From contig CM119264.1 in the NCBI GenBank assembly GCA_051294375.1, forward strand, positions 129,846 through 193,845: a DNA stretch of 64,000 nucleotides, given 5' to 3'. This DNA is from Paraspadella gotoi. Taxonomy: Eukaryota; Animalia; Chaetognatha. The translations under genes and the position numbers were made by a program. Positions 53,966 through 64,000 of this stretch are shown here, one piece after another; within the stretch, counting starts at the first letter, position 1, and each line of letters opens with the position of its first letter. The notes under the pieces were generated by a model that worked only from the letters and a program-made list of their open reading frames with translations, was not told the DNA's origin and did no database searches.

Positions 53966-56013
53966 TTCTCTCTTTCTCTCTCTCTCTTTCTTTCTTTCTT
54001 TCTCTCTCTCTCTCTCTATTTTTTTCCAGATGCTTTTGTTGTAGTCGAATTCACTGGATAATTTTTCAACAGAAATTTAGAATTTGTTATTCGTTTTTTT
54101 AAGTTATAAAGTTTATTCTTTTAATAATTACTTTCCGCTCTACAATGTGCCATGTCAGATAGAGAGCTTTAGTGAAACGTCTAACGTCTTAAGCTTGCGT
54201 TGATAAAGTCAGTCCCCGCTGCACATTTGATAAAACAGGCAGCCAATGGGCAAGTGGTTAAGAGAATTAATTAATTAATTAATTAATTAATTAATTAATT
54301 AATTAAAATTCACATGAAAATTTTACTGGAAAATAAAGATGACGAAGAATTTAAATATTTAATGCTTAATGCACCTTCATGATTTATTTATTTAATGTTC
54401 GGAAGAATATAGCTTTATTTTTGTGATAAATTTTTCGCGGAATATTTCGGTAATTTTAAAAGCGCAAAAACTTGCTATGTACAATATGTGTAAAAAGCGC
54501 TAAATTGGTTATACGCAACTTGTTTAAGCCCCTCACGCTTCCCACAGGGTAGTTACCATTGGAGATCGATCCTGATACCTGATGGTCATGAGCTGATGGC
54601 ATTAATCAATGAGCCAATGGATCACGACTGAAGATATCATGATTATAGGCATTGTGAACTTATAGCAATGCCCGACTACAAATATAAGGGTTAGGGTTAT
54701 GGATTGATTATCAGAATTTCGTTGAGTATTAATGTTAGGGATTAACGTCAGAGATTAATTAGGCTAAAAGATTAATTTTGAGGCTTTGCTTAATAGATTT
54801 GCTTAATAGATTTGGTTATGAATTAGGGCTAATTAAAGATAAGCGATGTTACTCTTTCATGAAATAATTCTCCCATTGCTCCACTAGATCAAACAATCCA
54901 CTCCATGATCACTCCACTAACCCCCTTATAACTCCTTCAACCCTCTCTTTTGATCAAGTGGAACGTAAACTAAAAAAATAAAAAAACCTCAGGTTGTTTA
55001 TGTTTCTCATAAAAAACCTCGAGTTTTTGTTATCAAAACCGCGAAGTAAAAAAAAGGAGTTTTTACGATGGCACCATAATTCTTTGCACCATAGAATAAA
55101 GAAAAAAAGAAACTTTTTTTCTTTTTCTGAGAAATAAAAAGAACAAGGTAGGTTTATTATATGATGTTGCAGCCTAATGACCTTTATTTATTTTGTATAC
55201 GCATTACGACATAAAATTATTTATTCATTTAATAAATAAGCTATATTGTCCCTGTTCCTGTTTATCATCATAGTCCTTTTTTTTTTCGAAAAACCAACAA
55301 ATATTAACCAAAATGAATTGATATCTCATAAAATTTATCACATTAAATTTTTGGTCATTTAATTATATTTTAGTTGATCATGTGACTGGATCATTATGAA
55401 AAGGATGTGTATTAAATATCTCACTATACTCAACCTTTTTTCTAAAATTTTATTTAAAATGATTAATTATTATCTAAATTATAAAGATTTAAAACGTTTA
55501 ATTAAGGCAGACAAAAGACAAATTGAGGGACCGACCGACCAAAAAACTCTGCGAGAGAGATGCTTCGCGGCGCAAGTGAAAAGAAATTCCCGGCGGTGAA
55601 ATGACGCTGAGGTTCGTAAAAGTCAACTTGTGAAGGTGAATAGAGAGGAAATATATCGGCAAAGACCGGAATTAATAGCGACCGAGAAAAGTAGCGACCG
55701 GAATAAAAATAAATGGAAAGATAGTAGTTCGTTCCTCAGACAAACAATATAAATCAAAATGACGACCCGCACTGTCATTGTGCTGCTAATAAGGACACGC
55801 ATGGTCAAACTGCTGCTAATAAGAACCCACACTGTCAAACTGCTGCTAAATAAAAACCCGCTCTGTCAAACTGCGCTAAAGAGGACCCGTACTGTCAATT
55901 GAAATTATTAATATAAATATCAATACTTGGAAGATGTTGAAGCACAAAATATAAATACTGAAATCAAAGCGGGAAAGGGGGTCATGTTTTGGAGAACCAG
56001 ACCATGAGGCCAT

Positions 56014-56093
<80 letters not shown>

Positions 56094-56429
56094 TATCACT
56101 TAAAGACAAATAAGTCAGTCTTAATTTGGGATTCACGATTCAATTTGGGTAGTTGAGCCATTTACAGCTCAATACTAGCTCAATGTAAATTAATGTAAAT
56201 TAATGTAAATTATGTAGATTAACTAATAGATCTGCGCCAATGTAAAAACATTTAAGACTGAAAGAGTCAAAGAGAGATAGTATATCTCTTGGTCTTTCTT
56301 GACTATTTTCTCAGTTTCTTCCTCACCAATGTTTCCTTACCTTTTTATGTTTTCTCGCCCTCATAATTTTTCCCCTTCAGCGAAAAAGTAATTTTTGCGA
56401 AAAAAAATATTGCCGTAACTTCTATCCTC

Positions 56430-56790
56430 ATTGCTTTTTCGGTCCCAATTGCTTTTCTGTCTTCATTGCTTTTTCTTCCCTCATTGCTTTTCTGACTTCA
56501 TTGCTTTTTCTTCCCTCATTGCTTTTCTGTCTTCATTGCTTTTTCTGCCCTCATTGCTTTTCTGTCTTCATCGCTTTTTCTGTCCCAATTGCTTTTCTGT
56601 CTTCATTGTTTTTTCTGCCTTCATTGCTTTTCTGACTTCATTGCTTTTTCTTCTCTCATTGCTTTTCTGTCTTCATTGCTTGTTCTGCCCTCATTGCTTT
56701 TCTGTCTTCATTACTTTTTCTGCCTTCATTGTTTTTCTGTTCTAATTGCTTTATTCTCCTCATTGCTGTTCTTCTGTTCTATTGTTTTTC
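56430..56790. repeat. ~17-19 bp minisatellite (noisy duplicate 46300-46590)
   Basis: Units cattgcttttctgtctt / cattgctttttctgccct; lies at the junction of the 10-kb duplication. Confidence 0.85.
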
Positions 56791-57063
56791 TTCTTGTGGA
56801 CATTGAATTGGCTTCCATGTGCTATCAATTCTTTCGCCCCAAATCTTCTGTCAACATAGTCATTACTTCTAACGTCGTCGCCGTAAGTTACGTCGTCAAC
56901 CGCTATTGCTTCCCCTCGAAAATTGCCATTGCTTCTGCCGTCCTAAGCCATTGAGGAATTTTACTCCTCGTCGACGTCGGTTATTTTTTCTTTTTTTTTT
57001 GCAAGCCTCACCTTCGCCATCCGTTACTCACTCTCTCTCCCGCCAATCCATTTCCAGGAATTT

Positions 57064-57129
<66 letters not shown>

Positions 57130-57233
57130 TCCCTCCCCTTTTCCCTCCTACTTTTCCCCCCGGTTATGAACCATATAAACCCGGCCGGCTCATTGTTCTC
57201 CCGCTCCCCGCAAGCCGCGGCCATTGTCTCCTC

Positions 57234-57583
57234 GGCACTATTTTCTGATTGTACCCCATTTCTGTTTGTTCATCCCACAATTTAATTTTAATCTTAATAT
57301 TTATCATAATTATATTCTCAAACTTTTAAACTAATGCCTAACCCTAATCCGTAACCCTAATCCCAAACCCTAATCCCTAATCCCTAATCTTAAACCCTAA
57401 ACTTAAACCCTTATAACTATTTTTTAAATATAACCATTAACCTTAAACCCTAACGCTAATCACAAACCACGTCCATAATTCTTAATCCCAAACCCTAACC
57501 TCTAACTTAATCTTTAACTTGAAAAAAAAACTAACCTAATTCCGAATTTAAAATAAAAAGGGGCGTTCATGGAAAATATGGCC
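57234..57583. mobile_element. TIR element with telomere-like interior
   Basis: Ends ggcactattttctgattgtaccccattt / aaaaggggcgttcatggaaaatatggcc around ccctaa/accctaa repeats. Confidence 0.6.
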
Positions 57584-57614
57584 GTCTCCCCCCCCCTTAC
57601 GACACAAACCTCAC

Positions 57615-57825
57615 CTCTGGCCTGAACCATTGGGTTCCCCGTGACCGTGCAAGTGATGTTTTGATGTTTGGCCTCACAGTCCATAAAATTTAAGCGGGGA
57701 CATTTCACGCGGGGCTTGTATTTGACGGAGAGAGGTCCGTAAAAGCAGGTCGGGTAAGGGATGGAGTAATTCCAGTAGTCGAGGTAAGTTAATTGACATT
57801 TGACTATTTCGCCGTCGTCGTTGCG
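57615..57825 (-). CDS. IgSF membrane protein exon (Ig2 end, Ig3 start)
   Basis: tctcctcag acceptor and G|gtgagg donor; 211 nt, phase 0-1: RNDDGEIVKCQLTYLDYWNYSIPYPTCFYGPLSVKYKPRVKCPRLNFMDCEAKHQNITCTVTGNPMVQAR. Confidence 0.9.
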
Positions 57826-58494
57826 CTGAGGAGAGAAGGATATCTGGAGAGAGGAGAGAGGGAGGGAGCGAGGGAGAGGGAGGGAGGGAGAGGAGAGGGA
57901 GAGAGAGAGGGAGGGAGAGAGGGAAGGGGAAGGAGGGGGAGGTAGGGAGAGAGAGAGAGAGGGAGAGAGGTAGTGAGAGGGGATGAAATAATTGATTCAT
58001 TTGATTCATTGATTGATTAATTGAAGGATATGGATAGATTTGGATGAATTTAAATGATTAGCTTGACTTATTTGATTTATCTGATTAGATTTGACATTGA
58101 TTGATTGGTTGATTTCATTGAGTTAATCGATCAAGATTCCAATCAAATCAGCAAATCAAAAAAAAATCGTCAGTTTTCCTCTTTCGTCGCCAATTTCGTT
58201 TTACCTTCGAATTAGATTACATCTGGCGATATTAAATTGCACTCTATCTCTCTCTCTCTCTCTCTCTCTTTCTCTTTCTCTCTCTCCCACCTTCTGCTCT
58301 GAAAATTCGATGACTGCCGTCGGCCGAATCTAAAACGGAACCAATTAGGTTAAATGCCTAAAATCGTCTCCAGTTTGACTGTTGACAGTGTTGTTAGTTT
58401 TAAAAATATTGTCAGTTTTGTCAGTTTTTGAAAAGTATTGACAGTTTTGTCAATTTATTCTAGTAATTTGGTACATTTTGAGTAATGCCGTGAT

Positions 58495-58539
58495 AATGGT
58501 AATAATAATAATAATTGTAATTTTAGTAATAATAGCATT

Positions 58540-58581
<42 letters not shown>

Positions 58582-58586
58582 GCATT

Positions 58587-58651
<65 letters not shown>

Positions 58652-58770
58652 AATACTAATAATAATAATAATAATAATAATAGTTTTGTACTAATAATAC
58701 TAGTAATAATAATAATAATAAAATAATAATAATAATAATAATAATAATGATAAAATAATAATAGTATCAT
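58495..58770. repeat. (TAA)n microsatellite
   Basis: Seen directly in the sequence. Confidence 0.95.
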
Positions 58771-58837
58771 CACAGGAAACGGATTGATCGTGTAGCTTGT
58801 CTCGCTTGTCTCGTTTGGCTTTTCTGCCTTTTCTTCT

Positions 58838-58920
58838 GTCTCGACCAATCAGAGAGGTGGCTTTTCTCTCGACCAATCAGAGAGGAGGCTTCTCTCTCGA
58901 CCAATCAGAGAGGTGGCTTC
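58838..58920 (+). repeat. Three ~27-bp repeats, each containing CCAAT
   Basis: Unit ctcgaccaatcagagagg(t/a)ggctt. Confidence 0.85.
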
Positions 58921-60245
58921 CCTCACGGAATCGACGGAAGAGAGATGAGAGAAGAAACGAGGCAGTCTTCAACTTACCCTCAAGAAACTAACATCATAAT
59001 TCCCAAGTTCATGAACTATTTACTTTGTATTTTGATCCATCGTTTTAATCATCATAATCTCCCTCAATTATTACTATCTCCGCGTTTATTTGTGTAAAAT
59101 AAAACTACTATAAATTATCCATAATAAACCACGCCTACTTCCTTCATTGGTATTATTAATTATAAGAATAATAATAATTAGGAATTAGGGTAATTCCAAT
59201 AATTTTAATCTGGTACTTATGCTTTTCTGTTTATGACCCGTCTTAAAAAATAATTTCGCCAAGTTTCTGTGTTTAAAAAAAATTGCCAATGGCCTAGTGT
59301 AAATGTTAGGATAGCATAATGATAATATTTACACTTTATTTTCATTGGTATACTTAATACTTATCCAATTGACAGTGTCCGCTATTGATCCCTAATTGTT
59401 GAATTTTATGGAATTATCATTTTATTTTTAGTGCCATTAGTGCTATTAGTCTTGCTCAATGCTCATTTATAGTTTGAATGTCAAATTGTTTCTTTCATCG
59501 TTTTATCGTTTTCTTTTTATCGTTTGAACTGTCAAATGGTTTCTTTTATTTCAGAAAAAAAAAAGAAAAGTATTGACAGTTTTGTCAGTTTTTAAAAAAT
59601 ATTGACAGTTTTGTCAGTTTTAAAAGTGTTGTCAGTTTTTTAGACTTTAAGATATCTTCATAAAATGATCAATTTGTTATTCCTGACTACATTTTCCGTT
59701 TCCAAATATTAAAAGTTTTATTTGCCTAACCTTTGCCTGAATGCAGACATACTGTATCAGCCAGTATCAGACAGTATCGGGAAGACTTGCTTCGCCTTTC
59801 CTACTATATCAAATCATTTTTTTTTAACCATTTTTTTTCTAAAAGTATAAAAAAAAGATTTCCAAACTCCGATCGGCGCCAACCACAAAAATAAGGCGTG
59901 TCTAGATTTTTCCATTTTTTCTCCACCCTCTCTTTCTCTCTCTCTCTCTCTGCTCTCTCGTCTCTCTCTCTCTCTCTCTTCATTTTTTTATCTCTCTCCC
60001 TTTCTGTCTCTTCCTCTCTCTACCTCACTATCTCTCTCCCTCTATCTGGCCAATTTAACATACATAATCCCCCTTTCTCCCTTCCCTCCCTCTAGTGGGA
60101 TAAAATCCTTTTCCAACAAAAGGGAAACGTAGAATAAATCAAGAGAAGAAGAAGGTAAAAATGAAGGATTCTTATTCTGCTTGAAATGAGACTTTATTAC
60201 TTCTTTTTGTGGAACTGGAGGGAGAGAAAGAGAGGGGAGAGAGAG

Positions 60246-60306
<61 letters not shown>

Positions 60307-61592
60307 GGGGTCAAGAATGGCTGACGGGATATTTGAATTTCGTGCGGGAAAAAGAGAGAGAGAGTAAGAGAGAGAGAGAGAGAGAATGCTTTAGCTTTTT
60401 TTTTATGTATTGACATGGAAATATTGGCCATATATATTTTTGCTTTTTTTTAGTCTTTTTTTTTTTGGAACATTCCAACTTCACGGATTTCAAATCGGAG
60501 TGAAAGGAAAAGATATGTTATTTCTTTTAACTGACTCCAATATGATTGATATTTGATCATTTCATTAGTTAGAAAATTCTCTGACGTTTATGTTTTTATA
60601 TAACAAATTAAGAATACTTTACATCATAAACAACTGGTGCTCTTGCCTTCCCAGGTTCCAGCAGCTTTTTTTGAAGAACTTTTCCCCTCTTATTTGATAA
60701 TTCAATTTTAAACTCATTGTGAAAAAATGTGTGAAAATATTATAATTTATTATATTCATTAGTTAGTATAATGTCTTGGGAGCATGAAAAAAAATATTAG
60801 TGAGGAAAGAGGCGCTTGCCAGATCAATGTTCTTTTCCAATTATTTTTTCAAAGCGAAAATCTTTGTTTTCTATAAGTTTTAACTAGAAAGGGCTGTCAA
60901 TATGGCTGTGAAAAAGTTTTTGACATCCTGATTGCTCAGACACATACGTTAATGTCTATATTTTTTTTAATTTTTAAACATTTCATTTTCGTTCGTGAAA
61001 ATATATGTTATAACAGGAAGCTCCTATTTAAATGAAAACAAATTTGCTTTTTTAAAATTCGACCATGCCATTCATGAGCACACAACTGAGAAAGTAAGCA
61101 ATAAAAACCGTCAGCGATTTTTTTACGAGGGTACAAAATCTGAAGTTGCTCTAACAAATACTTTTGCCACAATATTTGATCCTTTCATTTCACTCCCATT
61201 TCAAATCCTTGTAATAACATATTTTTGTATCGTAATTTTTTTTAATAACAAAAACGATATTAACAAAACAAAATACAAAACACAATAACAGCGTCACTAG
61301 ACTGGAACACGGTAAACATGTAAACTGATAACAAAAAATATAACAAAAGACACTTAGAGCTCATCGAACAATTACGTTGTTCTAGATGAAGCAGGAATTT
61401 CGCTCAATTTCCGCTCTTTTCTGCCAGATTTGCATAAATATTATCATCATTTCTTTTCCTCACTGATAAATCACATCTAAAATTTATTGATTTTAGTCGA
61501 AAAATACCCTTTTTTTCTCAACGAATAAAACCACGATACGAAAACATGACAATATGCAAATGAGATTAAAGAAATAAAATTTTCTCACAAAC

Positions 61593-61784
61593 CTGATTAA
61601 AAGTAAAGTTTCCATAGTGATGCGTCTTCCCCAAAATCTTTTTATTTCTGAAGACCCAACTGAGTTCGGGTTTGGGTCCTCCCAAAGTGGTGACTCCACA
61701 AGTGAAGGTCACATTTGAGCCTTCGACGATCCGCTCGGGATGTTCAGTGTTGCAGAAGGGAAGGCCGGTCACGATTAATTTGGC
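61593..61784 (-). CDS. IgSF membrane protein exon (Ig1 end, Ig2 A-E strands)
   Basis: ccatctcaag acceptor and CAG|gtttgt donor; 192 nt, phase 0-0: AKLIVTGLPFCNTEHPERIVEGSNVTFTCGVTTLGGPKPELSWVFRNKKILGKTHHYGNFTFNQ. Confidence 0.9.
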
Positions 61785-61801
61785 CTTGAGATGGAAGAGG
61801 A

Positions 61802-61872
<71 letters not shown>

Positions 61873-62078
61873 ATTTTATTTATACATTCATTCATTTATT
61901 CATTTTTTTATGAATTTATTTTTTTTTTATATTTATAATATTTTTATTAATTCATTTATTTATATATTTATTTATTTTTATTTTATTTATACATTCTTTC
62001 ATTTATTCATTCATTCTTTCATTCATTATCCTCTCTTAATCTTTTCTTTATTCTCTTTTCCTTTCTCTAATCTCTCTT

Positions 62079-62117
<39 letters not shown>

Positions 62118-62138
62118 GTCTTTTTTTTATTTTTTTAC

Positions 62139-62202
62139 CTTAATTATGTTGGAACATTTGTACTCCCCGGCATCGACAAATTGGATGTTGTTTATGATGA
62201 GT
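62139..62202 (-). CDS. IgSF membrane protein exon (Ig1 E-F strands)
   Basis: cccacag acceptor and AAG|gtaaaa donor; 64 nt, phase 2-0: LIINNIQFVDAGEYKCSNIIK, with the canonical D-x-G-x-Y-x-C motif. Confidence 0.9.
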
Positions 62203-62557
62203 CTGTGGGCGTGAAAGGAAGAGAGAGAGAGGGAGAGAGAGAGGAGGTAAGCATTAGTAAATGGAGCCCTTTTTTTTAAATTCATCCATTTTTCTTTCTT
62301 TCCCTTTTTTTTTTTTTTTCTTTTTTTTTTGTTATTTCCCTTTTCTTCCCTTCCTTTTTCAACACAGAGAGAAATAAAAATCCGGAATTTGAAAACATAA
62401 AATCTGAAAGAATCTCGCGAGGAGGGAGTCAGAGAGGGAGGAGGGAGACGAAGAGGAGATAAGAAGCGTGTGACAGAGAGTGGGATGAGAAAAAAAGAGG
62501 TATATGGATAGGGAGACAGAGAGAAAGAGAGAGACAGTAAAATCGCAGCATAAAAAC

Positions 62558-62624
62558 GTGAAAGTATCCGGGCTTAGTAATCCACTTTGACTGAACTGAG
62601 GTGGCGCTACAATCTCATTTGAGT
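62558..62624 (-). CDS. IgSF membrane protein exon (Ig1 D strand)
   Basis: tctttctcgtag acceptor and weak gttttt donor; 67 nt, phase 1-2: xSNEIVAPPQFSQSGLLSPDTF(T), joining the next exon as TFTLII. Confidence 0.6.
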
Positions 62625-64000
62625 CTACGAGAAAGAGAAGAGGGGTTACATCTCTTTTCAGCCCCCTCTCTCACCTTCCCCTCTCTTCCTACCTTTTTCT
62701 CTCCCCTACCCCTCTTCTTCCTGCTCTCCAGCTTCACCTCCCCCCTCCCCTCTCTCCTTCCTTCTCCCTCTTTCCATCTTTCTCTTTTTCTTGTTTTCTT
62801 CCCTCTCTCCCCCCTTCCTCTTCCTCCTTCTCTCTCTTCCCCTGTCCTCTCTCCCTCCCTCTCTTCTCCCTCTCTCCCTCCCTTCCCCTTCCTGTGTCTC
62901 TTCTCTCTCCTTCTCTCTCGGCCATCTCTCGTCTCCTTCCCCTTCCTCTCGTTTCTCCCTCTCATTTTCTCTCTCGTCTATAACGCTCTGCTCTCTCCCC
63001 TTCCCCTTCTCCTATTCTCTGCCTTTCTCTCTCCTCTCCCTTCCCCTTACTATCTCTCTCCCTCTCTCTTCCCCTTCTTCCTCTCTCTTCCTTCTCCCTC
63101 TCTCTCTCCCTCTCGCCTTCCCTTCCTCCTCTCTCTCTCTCTGGCTCCTTTCCCCTTCCCCTTCCTCTCTCTCCTCCTCTCCCTCTCGCTCTCCCTCCTC
63201 CTTTCCCCTTTCTCTCTTTCCCTCTCTCTCTCTCTCTCTCTCCCTCTCTCCCCTCTCTCTCTCCCTCTCTTTGGCTAGTTTTCTCGAACCCATTTTCATT
63301 TCGGTACTTTAATTGAGGTTTTTGCTCTAATAAGAAATTCAGGACAGAATTCTCTCTCCCGGATGTAAGCAACGACTTCCCTTTATTTCAATCCCCCTCT
63401 GCCCCCTGACCCCTCAGGAATGAGTTCACCCTTCCTTCCTCCTCTCCTCCTCCTCCTCGCTCATCACAGCTGAAAGTCGTTCCGTTCACACGAGAATCGA
63501 GGCATCTCATTCTGGCGGACCGAATTCGTTCTCTCTTGAAAATGGTTGAGGATTGTGAGGAGACTCCTCACAGATTGTGAAGAGAGAGAAGGAGGGATGA
63601 GAGAGAGAGAGAGAGAGAGAGAAGAGAGAGAGAATCAATACTTATATTAATTTTGAAATTAATTAATCAATCATTATACCTATTCGGGCATCTGTATATT
63701 TATAGCATTCTCTTTAATCACTAGTTTAATGCCTGCGAATTGCTGCCGGAATTAATAGCTTTCATTAAAAACCTTGTATTGTGGACGCAACAAGTTTCAG
63801 AGTAAGAATGCATTTATTCTCAACAACGTTATAAACAATAACAGTCAAAATGCCTCAATGCTAAGTCTATTAAATGGTATTTACAAGGTCAACGTTTGAC
63901 CATAAAGGTCAACCGTTTTGACCATAAATAAGTTGGGGGAAATGGAGCCGAGGGTAAGGTTGGTAAGGTCAATTGTGGTTTGACCAGGTTGCTGTGTTAT

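Noticed and set aside
60170-60215. Extra Ig2 exon (STKRSNKVSFQAE) after a (CT)n-ccag acceptor
   Set aside because: Wrong entry phase and no GT donor; the flanking exons already join in frame. It could be revived if the sequence has errors here.
63300-63580. Upstream IgSF exon candidates (SLLTILN..FSC; VNGTTFSC)
   Set aside because: No convincing acceptor plus phase-1 donor pair was found.

Overview
AT-rich, microsatellite-dense ((AG)n/(CT)n) DNA from a metazoan, probably an invertebrate; it is not prokaryotic. Almost every ORF in the supplied track is a simple-repeat artefact. Reading splice sites by hand reveals a minus-strand, multi-exon immunoglobulin-superfamily type-I membrane protein gene (~29.7-62.6 kb; three Ig-like domains, Ser/Thr/acidic stalk, TM helix, short basic tail; 5' end not identified) and one orphan exon of a probable second gene (23.1-23.3 kb). 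Repeats include two Tc1/mariner deletion derivatives, a Tc1/mariner-type MITE, a tRNA-derived SINE family, Helentron/HINE-like elements, a TIR family with telomere-like interiors, a degenerate Ty3/gypsy pol fragment, an LTR-like sequence fused to a CCA-tailed tRNA-Lys copy, and many minisatellites. Large direct and inverted duplications sit beside 25-N gaps and differ mostly by 1-bp indels, so most are probably long-read gap-filling artefacts. All calls come from manual reading; no database searches were run.
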